A stretch of DNA of 64,000 nucleotides from positions 152,982 through 216,981 of the forward strand of contig BCKZ01000022.1 in assembly GCA_001600815.1 (NCBI GenBank), given 5' to 3'. Shown piece by piece: positions 11,996-25,596 of the stretch. The translations under genes and the position numbers were made by a program. Every line of letters starts with the position of its first letter. Within the stretch, counting starts at the first letter, position 1. The notes under the pieces are model-generated. The model did not search any database, had not been told where the DNA came from, and worked only from the letters and a program-made list of their open reading frames with translations. The stretch comes from Alloascoidea hylecoeti. Lineage: Eukaryota.

Positions 11996-13440
11996 GATAG
12001 ATTATAATTGAATTGGTCTGAAATTGATTAAAATAAGTAGCAATTAAAAGTTTTTAAGAAGAGAAAATTGTGGATCAATTCATATTTTTATATTTTTCCA
12101 TACCCATGATAATTATAATTATGTAGCTTATAAGAATTACGTGTTTTTCCTATTTTTCCTTATTTTATAATTGTGCTAACTTGTAACGGGTCGGAAAGAC
12201 GGAAATGTGTACGACAAAGAAATATTGTTTGAATATAGTTCGGTAACATAACAAATATCCATCTCGAAGCCAAGATCGCTATCATTTATATGACCCTCAT
12301 AGTTTAATATATTAACAAATTAATAATGCTATTACAGATCCCCTCTTTCTCCCCACAACATCCGGGATATTAATCAATTGAAAACCGGTTTGACGCATAT
12401 ATTGATGGGTTTGGGGATCAATTTATAGATATTTTCAAGCTGTTTCATTCTAGATTATTGTTAAGTTTTTATGTAGACTATAGGCTTTGCAATTGGCATT
12501 GATGGATCGATCTTGATAAACTTACAAATTTATAATTTGGCTTTGTCAATGTGGTTAATCCACTATTCCAAATCATATAAGCTATGGTTATCTAGGTGTA
12601 AGGAATGAGCTTTCATACACCTAGCTATATTTAATATTAGTGAATTTCTTCTAAACCCAGTTGTGTTTTCACTGATACTTTTCCCTCCATTTGAGGATAA
12701 CTTCTCTAAATATCCCATATTGGCGATAGTGGTTCACACAAACGCCGACAATTATTCGGAAAAACAATTAACCGAGACGTTTTTATGAAGCAATTGATAT
12801 GAACTTCCGAACTTATATGTATGTATTAAGTGTAGTAAATTTAAATGCTTGAGTTTATAGGAATTATTCTAAACTAAACATTAGTAAATATATAAAACAG
12901 ATAAAAAATTTAAAATATAAATCTAAAAATATGACTTCAATGTTGATAACTATTTAATTATAATACATAGTTCGAGAATGATAATAGCAGAATAAGAGAA
13001 TATTAAATGCTTTTATGTGTGATATCTAACAGTTTTCCAGTCAGTTAAAACATTGTAAATCAAATCTGCCAAATAATACTCTGATAAGTTAGTCATAATT
13101 ATTCACAGGAATTATCGAATTATTACTATTCAGGACTCTGATAATTTATATCACTAAAGAAACGAAATTTTTATACCTACAACGCGAAAGACTTTATTCC
13201 AATCATCTATTTCATCGTTCACCAAAGATCATCTCTCCAGTGGTACTCCTATAAAAGTGTTTGTGACATTTGCCGATACCTTTTTGTTATTGTACCGATA
13301 ATGTATCTCCACAGCAACAAAATAATTTGATCCTATTGCCGAAATTAACCGGAAACATGGGTATGTAATATTTATGAACCATTTTCTTATCAAATTTTTA
13401 AAACACAATTAATTTATTACAATATATAATCTATAATGAT

Positions 13441-15249
13441 CTATTCTCTAGAAATATCTCTTCCAAACATACTAACTTTCAACCAATCTAATACAACCAA
13501 TACTTTATTTCTAACACTAAAGCACATTGAAACATAAGCAGATCTCCAGAATAAAAAGGTTAAAGTACCACCTGTAGAAACACTTGAAAATTCACCCCAA
13601 ACTAAATCAGCAACAGCTTTATCTGAACCAATATAAGCTAAAGAACCTTGATGAGTATATTCAAAAGGTAATAATTGTCTAATACGACGTAATTTTCTTG
13701 ATTTAACCTCAACTTCATTTAATATAATTTTTCTTTCATTTTCACTTTTATTATCTTGTGCTAAATGTTGTAAATTATGAATTTCAGATTCTAATGTATC
13801 AGCATTTGCAACTTTATTTAATAATTTTGCAAGATAAACACCTTGTTGAGCAGCAACTTGAGCAGTTGGAGCATATTTTGTTGAACTACAATCACCCAAT
13901 GACCAAATATTATCAGCACCTTTAACAACTAAAAAATCATTTACAAGTAAACCTCTTCTTGAATTATTTTGTTCAGGTAATTTTGAAATTAAATCACGTA
14001 CAACATCTCTTGGCGCATTACCAGTTGCCCAAACTAACATACCATAAGGAATTTCATCAATTGTTGTTGAACCATCAGGATTTGTTCTTTTTGCAAAAAC
14101 TGTTTTATCAGTTACTTTACTAACCATTGTTTTCGTGCGAACATCAATTTTTTCTTGTTTAAATATTTTTTCAGTATAAGCAATTAATTTTTGATTGAAA
14201 GATGGTAAAACGTTTGGTAATGCTTCAATTAAAGTAACTTGGAATTCATCAGCGATTTCAGGAATTGTTTTACGTAAATCTTGATCAAAAAAATCTTGTA
14301 ATTCACCAGCAAATTCAACACCAGTTGGACCACCACCAACAACAACCATACTTAATAGAGTTTTCCTTTCAGGATCACCTTTTGGTTTTAATAAAGCTGC
14401 TTCAATACAATCCATAAACTTCTTTCTAACTTGAACGGAATCATCAATTTCTTTTAAGAAACAAGCATTTTCTTTAATACCAGGGATGCCAAAAGTAGAG
14501 TTTTGAGCACCGACACCAATAACTAGATAATCATAATTTAAAGTCTCAGCAGGGCTTTCAGTTGCAGTGTTTGAGCCTTTAATAGTGATTTTTTTATTAG
14601 TAGGATCAATATCGGTGGCTTCAGCTTCAAGGAATCTAACAGATGTTTTCTTTTGTCTAATAATACCACGAACTGGTTCCATAATGGAACGATGTTCAAT
14701 GGTTCCAGTTGGACATGAAGGTAACAATGGAGTAAATAAAAAGAAATTCCTAGGTGAAATAATAGTAACGTTATAATTCTCACTATCAATGGTCTTCAAT
14801 AATGAAACAGAACCCCAACCAGTACCTAATATGACTAAATTTTTTTTATTTGGATCTGGTGCAACTTGATCAGGAGGACAACGAGTACTATAAATCGAAT
14901 AACCTAAATAACCTAAACCAGCAATGGCAGAGATATAAGAAACTCTCCAAATTGCTTTAAAAAACGAAAACTTCTTTTGCTTTTTAACTTTCAATTGCAC
15001 GTCATCGGCAGTTGAAGGTGGGATTTGAGATTTTGAAGGTTCTTTATTATAATTGGTACGACCAGATGAGAATAATCTGACATTCAAGCTAACATTTTTA
15101 TTTGAATTGATACCAATTGATGAATTGGCATGACCAGAGAAGTTGCGAAACAAAGCAGAGGAATTACCGGTTGAAACTATCAATCTTGACGAGACAAGGC
15201 CCTTTGAAGTTGACAGCATCGCTGCACGGACCGGCAGGGTGGAGAACAT
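13441..15249 (-). CDS. NDE1: Mitochondrial external type II NADH dehydrogenase
   Basis: Mitochondrial presequence, TM segment, ILGTGWG, FLFTPLLPS, VVGGGPTGVEFAGEL, C-terminal FGRDISRE. Confidence 0.93.
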   Translation of the reverse strand: MFSTLPVRAAMLSTSKGLVSSRLIVSTGNSSALFRNFSGHANSSIGINSNKNVSLNVRLFSSGRTNYNKEPSKSQIPPSTADDVQLKVKKQKKFSFFKAIWRVSYISAIAGLGYLGYSIYSTRCPPDQVAPDPNKKNLVILGTGWGSVSLLKTIDSENYNVTIISPRNFFLFTPLLPSCPTGTIEHRSIMEPVRGIIRQKKTSVRFLEAEATDIDPTNKKITIKGSNTATESPAETLNYDYLVIGVGAQNSTFGIPGIKENACFLKEIDDSVQVRKKFMDCIEAALLKPKGDPERKTLLSMVVVGGGPTGVEFAGELQDFFDQDLRKTIPEIADEFQVTLIEALPNVLPSFNQKLIAYTEKIFKQEKIDVRTKTMVSKVTDKTVFAKRTNPDGSTTIDEIPYGMLVWATGNAPRDVVRDLISKLPEQNNSRRGLLVNDFLVVKGADNIWSLGDCSSTKYAPTAQVAAQQGVYLAKLLNKVANADTLESEIHNLQHLAQDNKSENERKIILNEVEVKSRKLRRIRQLLPFEYTHQGSLAYIGSDKAVADLVWGEFSSVSTGGTLTFLFWRSAYVSMCFSVRNKVLVVLDWLKVSMFGRDISRE

Positions 15250-18200
15250 GACCTGCTTAAAGCTTTAGTTTAGAAAATTAGCCTCAAAACCAAAGAATTC
15301 GAAGATAGTGGCGAATATTTGAGAAGCCGAAGAAGTCGAAGGAGAAGAAGGTTTTAAATAAGTTGAAGAGAAATTTTAATTTTTCAGTTTTTCAGATAGG
15401 CGTAAGGATTATTGGCTGCCGTCATACAATCTCATAAAATCATAGATAGATAATTGGATATCTTTTATATTTTTGTTCATCTGTTCGGAATTTGCTATGA
15501 TATTAATATAATATTTCAATTACAATCGTTTGATGGCAGAATTGCGCATCTCGTAGTTATATTTAAGTGCTTTTATATTGTTTACAAATTTTATTACAGG
15601 TATCTATACTACTCTATAGTGAATAAATATAAATCAATTGGAAACTCCGGAACCCCCAATCCGTGTGTTTCTAAAGGTTTAGTATCCAGAAGCTTGAAAA
15701 CGCGCTGAAGATCCAACATTTTCTCTATTTCGGCTTGCTTGGTTACCTCATCGGCCGAGGAAAATATTTTGTCAACAATTAACTCAAATAGGCAATATTG
15801 GAATATTATAAATCTTTTTCTTTCTCTTGGATCTAACTCTATAATCCATAAATTTATTTGGTATCAATCCGGATGCCTTATTAATTTATTATGTTTACAA
15901 AGCCGGCCGGATTTTTATATCGGAATTTGTTTATGACATTCTTTAGTATTATTATTATAATTAATCAACTAGTCATACACATGCACACATTTTTATCAGT
16001 GATTCAGTGTATTCAATTAATTAATTAAGGTAAGCCAAGCTTAAGCAAGCTTCACAACTAATTCTAGATTTATAAAAAAAACAAAATGAAGATGAATTCA
16101 CTTATCGTTGTCAAGTGATATTAATCCAATTCATATAATTGGCTGAGACATTCAATTGCAAGTGTTTTACACGGCTTTTCTATTTCATTTTATCTTCTCG
16201 AATTTTCAACTTCTCATGACAAGCGGATAGTAGCCGTATACGCCGTATGGCTAATTATAGCCATAAATTAAATGAAATCTTGTTTCACATACACCCGGGT
16301 CATGACTATATGGTTTTTATACCGCAATTATATCATTGGTCCTAATATTCAGTGAGATACCACGAGTAGATTGCTATAGTATTTTTTTCAAAAATTTTCT
16401 AACGGCGATAAGTTCTTATGGTGATTCAATTTAAATTCTTCGGATATTATTCCACCTACAGTTCCGTTATTTGCGTAAGGCGGCCCTCATTAATAAATGT
16501 AGATACTTAAGCTTATATTTTCGTTTCACTCGCATATCTATATTTGGTAAAGATGAATTTATATTTCAATTATGCCAACGGCTATATTTGGCCTGAAACA
16601 CATTGTACTACGGCTGGTACTATCCAGTATCTAATAGTATCTATAAAGTACTCAAAACTGGCGAATAGATAGTAGCTATAGTAATGAGTAGACAAATATA
16701 TATTAAGAATAGTACACTTTGCAATTTTATATTGATTTATATACCATTTTTAGCTAAAACGTTAAACGTTATAACACCGTGTATATACAAACATGTGCTA
16801 ATCTAGATTAAAATAATACGTAATTAATTGAATTTTACTGATTGCGAACACTCGAAGGTAACCAAGATGTTTTAATATTAATTAGATCTAGAAGCTATAA
16901 TTAAAAGTTCAAACGTTCAGCTTACCATATATAGGCTATATCTCTTTGCAGCTTTTATAAATATTTTATACGATGGCTACTAGATTACATCTAGATCTAG
17001 ATGATATATAGACTGGATCTGTGCTTCTCTAATATATAATTAATACTATCTACTATTAACTATCATGCATATGTTATAACGCTCGTTATATATTAATATT
17101 AAGTTTCGAGGAGTTTATAATAGGGATATAAACTATCAACATTCATATATATTAATATTGTAAACATTGAAACAATATTTTGAAAAAGCGACGACATTAT
17201 TTTATGAAGCTGTGATTTCCGCGATAACCGATCACGGCTTTTATCGAATTTCCGAGACCGGTAGCGGATATACCAAATTCCTTGTATCAGCAGATTCAGC
17301 ACCTAAAATGATAACTTCGCCTGGCAATTGCAAGTGTAATTAACAATATAAACATAAACTATCAGCTATCTCCACCTGAAATAAGTCTCGAGGCTCTCTA
17401 TGAAAGATACCGTTATACTCTATCAATTTTAGTTTGGCCTTTTGTTTATGAAGGATAATAGCCGTTGTTGAGTTATAGGATTCTTTTTCTACATAGATGT
17501 GAATAAATATTATTGATCAATCAATGTTTTAGGTTTACTATCATACAAGAAATGTTAATGTGAAGGTTGAAAAATATTGTTATAAGTTACAGGTGACCGA
17601 AATTTCAGTGAAGACAACATGTATCTTATAGTCATATATGGAAAATCAAAGTTATACATCACTAATAGCTTTTAGTTACACCAATTCATTCACCTACAAA
17701 ATGAATTTCATTCAGTTTGAACACAATGGATTATAAGCGTGTAAACCCCGCATTTTCTCTTCCCCTATTCCACAACCTTGAGAATGGTAATAAGGGAAAA
17801 AAAAACTTAATGTCTCTTCCATCAAGGAGCAAGGAGGCTAGTTAGTGGTTTGAAAAAATTATACTTAAAGCGATTACACCAATTTCAAAGATTGATAAAG
17901 AGAACGGTGTATTTTGTTTAAATATTATTACATATCTAGAAAGAATGGTGAACACTCTTCAGAGGTGGTGAACAAAAAATACCGATTTCCCACAAAGCTA
18001 GAGGAGGATTAACTTACTGTTTCAGTGGTTTATGAAGAATGGATGTGGAAATTGATATGGAATCATGTCACCACCGCATGTAAAAAGCTATTGACCCGAA
18101 ATTTCGAAATACAAAAGACCTACGCGATGGCCACCACCAAGAAAAAAGTCACCCAAATGAAACGTAAATGGAAATTATATGAATTTAAATTTTTTTGACA

Positions 18201-19405
18201 GGAATCTACGAATACTAAACCTCCCACATAGGATGAATACAGTTTCTCTACATCTAGTAAAGTGATATTAAATATTGGAACAACACTAAAATCAATTAAA
18301 ATTCAAGTTCAAATTGAACTCGATTCTACCCTGGTTAAATATCTAAGAGTTGGAAAGTTTTCATGCTAGGAGGAGAACAAAACGACTGATTGAGAGGGAT
18401 ATACGTTCCATTTGATACATATATATAGTCTGTCTATAGTAATTAAGACCAATATTAATTACACTAACATAAATAGAATAATAGGATAATGAAATAATAT
18501 ATAGAATAATAACCTGATAATAATAATTAATTAACCAGCTATTAGCAGATGAATTTTTTTAAACTTTCAGGAAATCTCTCTTTATATCTAAAACTCTACA
18601 CAACTTTTATACAATTTCATATCTTATCTCTCTGATCCATATCTTATAATTTATCTTATAGTGTTATAATTCCCATTTTCAGATGCAATTAACAATGGTT
18701 GCTTTATTGATTTTCTGCTCTATGCATCCAACGGCATCTCGTTAGAATGTGTCACTAACCATGGGCAGTTATGGTGCCAAAAAGACGAACATCATTTTAG
18801 ATAATATAAAAGGTATATTATTAAGCTAACATCACAAGTTAATAATATTTCTGTAATAAATTTACAATTTATAATTATAAACATCCACCCGATATAATCT
18901 GAGAAAATAAATATAGTTATGTTATCCAAACAAATATTAATATGTAAAAGTTTAAGATACTTCAGAAGTAATAGGTTATATTTCACCACTATTATTGACA
19001 ATCACAAAAACAGTAAAAGGTGTTTGTTCTATATTAATTTCTAATTCTGTATTATCTTGTTGTTACTATCTTTTTGGATGGATCATTTAAATTCAATAAA
19101 GATTTTGCATTATTTATCTTTTTCAATTTTGGCTTTTGATAATTGATTAATAACTTTACCTATTCTTTGGTTATTGATATTAAATGTGTTTGACTATCAG
19201 TTGAAGTGGCCAGCTGTTTTCTGAGACTCTAAATTATTTGTTATATATGAGGAAATAAAATCATAATTGTATTACTTATTAATAAAACACATTTAATTCA
19301 CTTATTATTCATTAAATACATTATCAATACATCAACTTGAAAAAAATTCATAGTTTGATTATAGAAGACTTAATAAAACAATTGTCCCTAGATTAAGCTT
19401 ATATT

Positions 19406-21061
19406 TCATTTTTTTGTCCGCTCAATCTCTTTCAGATACCATTTGGAAGTCATTTTTCTCCAACGCTTACCCCATTTAATGAAAATTATAAATGAATAAT
19501 TTGTTGCAAAACAAATTGCAGCACATAATCCAGTGGTGCCATCGATGCCCATCCCATCAATCCAATATTGAAACACGAATGTGAATATCATTCCAAGCAT
19601 GTTTCTAACAAACAGTATGAATACCATCGTTTGGCCAGTTTGTTCAGGATAACAATCTACCGAATATGTCATTGAAATAGCACCACAAGCACTAATTCCA
19701 AATGCAATAAATCCAACACCAAATACCGGAAATACCCAGTTAATTCCATGACTTACACCAAGCCCATACATCAAAATTCCTGCCGTATTTATAAGTCCGC
19801 CGATGGTGAGGGTCCATAATCTAAATTCCGGTTCATAGTAACCTTTATTTCTTCTGGTAAGATAAAGTTGAAACATATCGGTAGAAGCGCCATAAACCAT
19901 CCCGATCATACCCCCAATAAATGAGGCTAGATTAATTAATCCCACTGAATTGGTAGACCAGTTATAAGGAGGTGAACCAAAAAATTCAGATTGCGTTACA
20001 TTCAGCAACGAAAGCCATGAGATTTGAATACCATAAAGAAGAGAAGAAAAAATAACCGCTGGATATCTGCCGGTTAAGAATGGAGTAAAAAATAAACGTA
20101 CAATAGAATCATCACTTCCTTCTTCAGGAAACCATAATCTCAATTTCTCTTTATAAGTTTTCAATGGAATTACGCTGATTTCACCTTGGCCTACTTCCAG
20201 CTCGCAATCATTCTGATCATTCGCTGCACTAAGTTTTTCATTATTTTCTGTACTATGACTTTTATCCTCGGAATGTTTCAATTTTTGTACATAATTGGTA
20301 CCAACATTTCCAGTTGATAGTTTGTTGTTTGAAGTTAACTTGTCTCTTTTATAAAGACTCTCTTCCATGCAAAAAAATTGAAAAATCAACAAGACAGAAT
20401 TAATTATTAAAAACCACCAAACAATCCATTTCCAACCTTGGCCTGAATAGACGTATCCTGCGGCTACTGGAGAGAGGTATGACCCAGCATATAAAGAAAA
20501 CATATAAATACTTAATCTTCTTCCATGTTCATGTAAAAAAAATATATCGGTGATTGAAATCTGAATTAAAGAATCAACAGGAGCAGCACCAAAACCAGAT
20601 AGAGCCATGTTAGCTTGTAAACTACCTACTGTTTTTCCAGTACCACAGACGATATTTCCAATTATATCAAATATAGAGCCCACCATGTAAACAGGCCTTC
20701 TACCAATTTTTAGGGCTATGGGTTGTAGAATTAGACATCCCACTCCAAGAAATAAGTAGCAAAGGGCACTTGCAACATTTAAAGTATTTAAACTAACTCC
20801 ATAATATTCTTTCAAAACGCCATAAACAGGTGCAACCCAATTGACTGCCGCTGACAATATGAACCCCCAGAGCCAAACCAATGCGAAATGAAACTCCTTC
20901 CTAGGTTTTGACCAATTTAAGGGATCATTTGGGTCACTTGAAGGTTGAGGGACGAGAATAATATCCCCACTTTTTGCAACATTAATATCTCCAAGATCTG
21001 AGGTATTATTCATATCAACAAGATATGTTGTACCTGGAACAATTTCGTATTCTTCACTCAT
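19406..21061 (-). CDS. MFS transporter, HOL1/DHA1-like
   Basis: VPGT..L, LVPQPSSDPNDPLNWS, GRRPVY, FFLHEHG, EPEFRL motifs; multiple TM helices. Confidence 0.9.
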   Translation of the reverse strand: MSEEYEIVPGTTYLVDMNNTSDLGDINVAKSGDIILVPQPSSDPNDPLNWSKPRKEFHFALVWLWGFILSAAVNWVAPVYGVLKEYYGVSLNTLNVASALCYLFLGVGCLILQPIALKIGRRPVYMVGSIFDIIGNIVCGTGKTVGSLQANMALSGFGAAPVDSLIQISITDIFFLHEHGRRLSIYMFSLYAGSYLSPVAAGYVYSGQGWKWIVWWFLIINSVLLIFQFFCMEESLYKRDKLTSNNKLSTGNVGTNYVQKLKHSEDKSHSTENNEKLSAANDQNDCELEVGQGEISVIPLKTYKEKLRLWFPEEGSDDSIVRLFFTPFLTGRYPAVIFSSLLYGIQISWLSLLNVTQSEFFGSPPYNWSTNSVGLINLASFIGGMIGMVYGASTDMFQLYLTRRNKGYYEPEFRLWTLTIGGLINTAGILMYGLGVSHGINWVFPVFGVGFIAFGISACGAISMTYSVDCYPEQTGQTMVFILFVRNMLGMIFTFVFQYWIDGMGIDGTTGLCAAICFATNYSFIIFIKWGKRWRKMTSKWYLKEIERTKK

Positions 21062-22627
21062 TAATATTAGTAATGTTTGATTTTGAATTTGATAGTTTGC
21101 ATGTAATCGTTGGATAATTTAATATCAATTCTTAAAGGGAAGCTCGATATAAATAAGTATTATTTTATGGGGTATAGCTATAATGGTATACACATTAGGA
21201 ATGATCAATAATTGCTTTTGATTGTAAATTGTTAATGGGGCAGTATGCTCGGTCAAGGATTGTATTGCAATTTTTGGATATATCTCTTTATAAATCTATT
21301 ATTATTTAATTATGATACTGTTGAGAATTGATAATATAGCCAACAAAACGCTAACTTCTTTTTTACGCATAATGATAAACTCTCATTAACAAAGATTAAT
21401 TAAACTTTATATATTTAAAGTGGGAGAAGTCTATTATACCAATCTCCTCAACACAAAATGGAATAGTATAATACAATTAAAGCTTGCAACTGATGGGTTA
21501 AAACATTTGTAAAATTTGGATATAGGCCGTCTTATCTTGCAGTCGATAAAAAATCTTAACGAATCTCATATGCACACACTCCATGGTGAGTCCATGCACA
21601 AGCATCAACCTTATAAAGAGTATAGACCGATTACAGGCTTGGTATGCACTCCCAGCTATAGGATCTATATCATATTAAGATAGATCCATTAATATTGATC
21701 ATTTTTGTGATTGTTAATTATCAATAGCGGCATGTAATTAATCAATACTAATATATATAAATTATATTGATGTCTTGCTATGCATATTGAAATATTCGAT
21801 GTTTAGTTTGTCAGTGTTTGAGTAACACCAAGACAATTCCAAGTTTATTTATATTTATGACCTTGACTCCTACAAATAATATATTGTGTAATATCTAACT
21901 CTAAAATACACAGATGCAGTTATTTTAAGGTTATACAGAGGAGTCAAGTTGGAGTTGTTTATTAGAGGGGAAGTGTGGACCTATATATCTACACACAAAT
22001 ATATATTTATATAGGCTATAGTTTCTGTAAAGGAAAATACTATGAAGGTTACAGTTTCCATAAAGGAATCTACTATATAACGTACCTACTACCTAGGTAG
22101 GCAATATCTTGAACTAAATATTCTGCCTATTGATGCACTAATGTTCGCCCATGTTGAACACAAATTTAAGCGATCCATTAACTTTTGGCCTCATATGTGA
22201 TTTTAGTCCTTCTGATATCTTTCCTCCTTAAATAATATTTTGTTTCATATTGTATTGAGCTTCAAAGCTATTTGGGTTTCCTAATACAGAGGAATTTTCT
22301 ACTTTTGCTAGCTAAGGAAAATAAACAAACAGGGGAGAAAAAAATATAACAAATAATTTTTACTAAATTCCCGGTCGGGCCTATTTTGTAAAAACCAATA
22401 GACTTAACGAAATTTGCACACCACCTATACTTCTATTCGCGCGACTATGAATATATTTTAAAATAATAACCTTATACTATTAATTTATATTTAACAATTA
22501 ATTAATTAATTAATATTATTTAAATCATAAAATTTATATAGTTACATAGTTAAATTTAATGAAAAAGGAGAATTAAATCACCTTTTTATTCTTATATTTC
22601 TTTATACTTATTTTATAATTATGTCGA

Positions 22628-22879
22628 TGTTGATTATATGTAAGAACATGGTGGAACAAATTTATAGTTCATTATTTAGATTAACTAGACTAAATAGTTT
22701 TGGGGGATTCCATAATTTATATGGAGGAATTCCCACATTTTAGAAAGTATCGTAAAAATATAATATAATAAATATATTCATATTTAATTTCCAAGAGTTT
22801 AAGAACAACGTGTTTATACAATCTGAGGACATCAATTAACAATGAGCGAACAAGAATCAACATCTAATTCTATTCAACA
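22628..22879 (+). mobile_element. 5' LTR of a Ty1/copia-type retrotransposon (252 bp)
   Basis: Starts TGTTGA and ends TCAACA (terminal inverted repeat); followed immediately by TGGTAGCG; internal sequence recurs at 47866..48021. Confidence 0.75.
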
Positions 22880-23196
22880 TGGTAGCGGCGCAGTGTATAC
22901 AAGAATAAACAGTGAAGGAAGAGCGGTCTTTGATGGTAGTGCTAAACACGCTAAAACATTACCAAAGTTAACAGAACCAAGCAGGATTCGATAGATGGAA
23001 ATATTTTCTAATGTCAACTCTAAACCGAATTGGGTTAGCAAAATATATAACGGATGATAGCATTTATCATTCTGGTGTTAAGGATGGAGGGGATAAACCA
23101 ATATATGAAATCCTTACTGGAACAATGTTATTGCAACATGATAAAACATTTGAAATCCTACTGGCAACAGTATCAAAATCAATCTCCTTGTCTTGA
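22842..23196 (+). pseudogene. Truncated, frameshifted copia-type gag N-terminus
   Basis: ATG lies inside the LTR as in Ty1 (MSEQESTSNSIQHGSGA vs Ty1 MESQQLSQHS..SHGSA); after a +1 shift at 22980 it reads LPKLTEP-AGFDRWKYFLMSTLNRIGLAKYI...LLATVSKSI, a copia gag-like pattern. Confidence 0.65.
22880..22889 (+). promoter_or_regulatory. Primer-binding site complementary to the 3' end of tRNA-iMet
   Basis: TGGTAGCGGC directly after the LTR CA end; the S. cerevisiae Ty1 PBS is TGGTAGCGCC. Confidence 0.75.
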
Positions 23197-23266
23197 ATTG
23201 ATTTTGATACTGTTGCCAGTAGGATTTCAAATGTTTTATCATGTTGCAATAACATTGTTCCAGTAA
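23114..23266. repeat. Perfect inverted repeat: 70-bp arms (23114..23183 and 23197..23266), 13-nt loop
   Basis: TTACTGGAACAATG...CAAAATCAAT is followed after CTCCTTGTCTTGA by its exact reverse complement. Confidence 0.97.
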
Positions 23267-25596
23267 TTATCCCTCAAGAATTACTCTTATAATTTTATGA
23301 ATTTTTATTAGACAAAAGTTTATAAAGCTTTAGCTTATTAGAGTCCAGGAGCCTCTCAGAATAATTTCATGTTCGACCATGGAAACCTGTTAGGATATTA
23401 CTATATGAAGAATAATTAATGAAGATCATAATGTTGTTATATAATAGGAAAGTTTACCTATTCATATACTAATCTATAAGGCCTTACAGTGAACCTAGAC
23501 TTTTTAGAAGTGAGATCTTAAAGAATTAATGACATGTTTATATGTACTATATATATCTAACGAAAACAAAGAAAAAACAAAGAACCCTTGATTCGAATAA
23601 GCAGGAGATTTTCGAACAGTCTATATGAATGGCTGAACATTAGTTCACCAACTGGCCGATTATTTAGTGCTTTACGTAAAGGATTATTTTATTTAAAGAT
23701 AGGTGATTATTTGGGACATCACATTACCAAATACTTATAGGATAAAATAACCGATAATGATTTATCTGAATAACCTAATAATAAGTGTATATGGCCGGAA
23801 TAGAGTGTCTCACATATCCATCAAGTGGCTTAAATTAAGTGAAATGATTGTATCAATTTATACAGGCAATCGATAAATGTATACGGCAGAAATCATTATA
23901 TAGGATATTTGACAGGTAAATTTTTATTTTGTGAATATTATTATGCAAGATACATTTAAGTAATCCATTGTATATAAATATAAAAATTTATGCAAATCTC
24001 CAAGACTTTTTGTTTTTTGGATCTTATCATATGGAATATATCTTTAAAACCAAAATTTAGTTAGAGATCAATCATTGTTAGATCTCATTCTTTAAATAAA
24101 GACAAGAAATGTCAGCCTCTTTGGTGGAAGAATATTTGATTTATGATTAGAAAGCTGCTTATCTGCGCATATTTTCGATTCCTATCGGCGCTACTTCATA
24201 GATGTGTCAGAGCCACTCAAAGCACTCAATTCATTCGAAGACTTGAAAGTAACATCTACTAGGGTCATTTGAGATGTGAGGGGATTTTTAAAGTTGTGCT
24301 TATTCTTAACATTTAATGAAATCGTGGAAATAATGAATTATACGATGAGCATGCATATGCTTTCATCTTTACGACATATTCCTGGAGAGACACCAAAGAC
24401 CTCGAAAGTCTATAAATAAAAATAACTACCAGATTCTTCTGTGTCTTATTAAATGCATTAAAATTTACATAGATAATAAATAATTTCGTTAAATTTTAAA
24501 AAATGTTTTGGTTTTTGTGATTATCGGTGGGCAGTTGTTAACATCAGTTAAATTTAATTCCAGAGTATATTTACTTTATACGAATCTTTCTGCTAAGAAT
24601 TATTCAATTTATATACTTATATTTAGCGAAAAATAGTTACCTGTAAAATAAAAGAGTTAAGTATCATAACAGGCTAGGCCTTGATATAGCTATATTAAAA
24701 TTTTGTAAGCAAAAATATTCCAATTAAGCAGATCAAATTACTCCGCCAACTTACTTGAACAAGCATAACCAGTCTACTACCCACAAAAAAAGAAGAATTT
24801 TGGATTTGTTAATCAGTCAGTTCCTATTGTTTCTGTCTTTGTGAGTTCCCCGCTTTGAGACAAATAGAGCCATATGCTCCAACAATGGCCATAATATATA
24901 ATAACTTGTTTACATTCCAGCTATTTGATTATAGATAGTAGATACTATTCCTATTAGTATTTCCTACCTATACAGATTAGTTCCCGAAGGAATTGATTTT
25001 CACAATCAAGTAGCAACTCGAGCTCCCATTCATTATTTTGCCATTAAGATATTATGTGGGATGGCATTAGTTTAGATAACAACAATTATTGCAAAGTGGT
25101 AAATATAGTTTATAATTATAATAAATATTATATAAACTTGTAATAAGGAAATAATTGAAGAAAAGATTCACCTGGGCTTTACCACAACATCAATTGCCAT
25201 TGATCAAAAACGCGCTTTCAACATCTATAATAGACCGTTATCATACACGATCGAGATCCTAATTAAATTTATGATATAACATGATGAGAAGATAATTCAA
25301 GATATACTGCACCTATATCTAAGATCTAGTTCTATAAAATTATAGATCTGTTTTAAATTTACTATATTCAGGGGTAACAACATGATTACATCACATTACA
25401 TCATTACATCATATCATCGAGAAGACAAATAAGCAGACAATCACAGAATAACAACAACCAAATAACTAATGTAATGGGAGGATAAGGGACAATATGAAAA
25501 TGAAGAATCTGTGAAATGGGTAGATAATGGGGAGATAAATTTTTTAAAATGATCATTACAGTAAAGTATATGTTTATGTGAAGTGCCAAAGAAAGA

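Noticed and set aside
15250..19400. 4-kb gene-free interval with coding-like patches near 17.9-18.4 kb
   Set aside because: No recognisable motif, RNA gene or repeat structure could be supported by eye.
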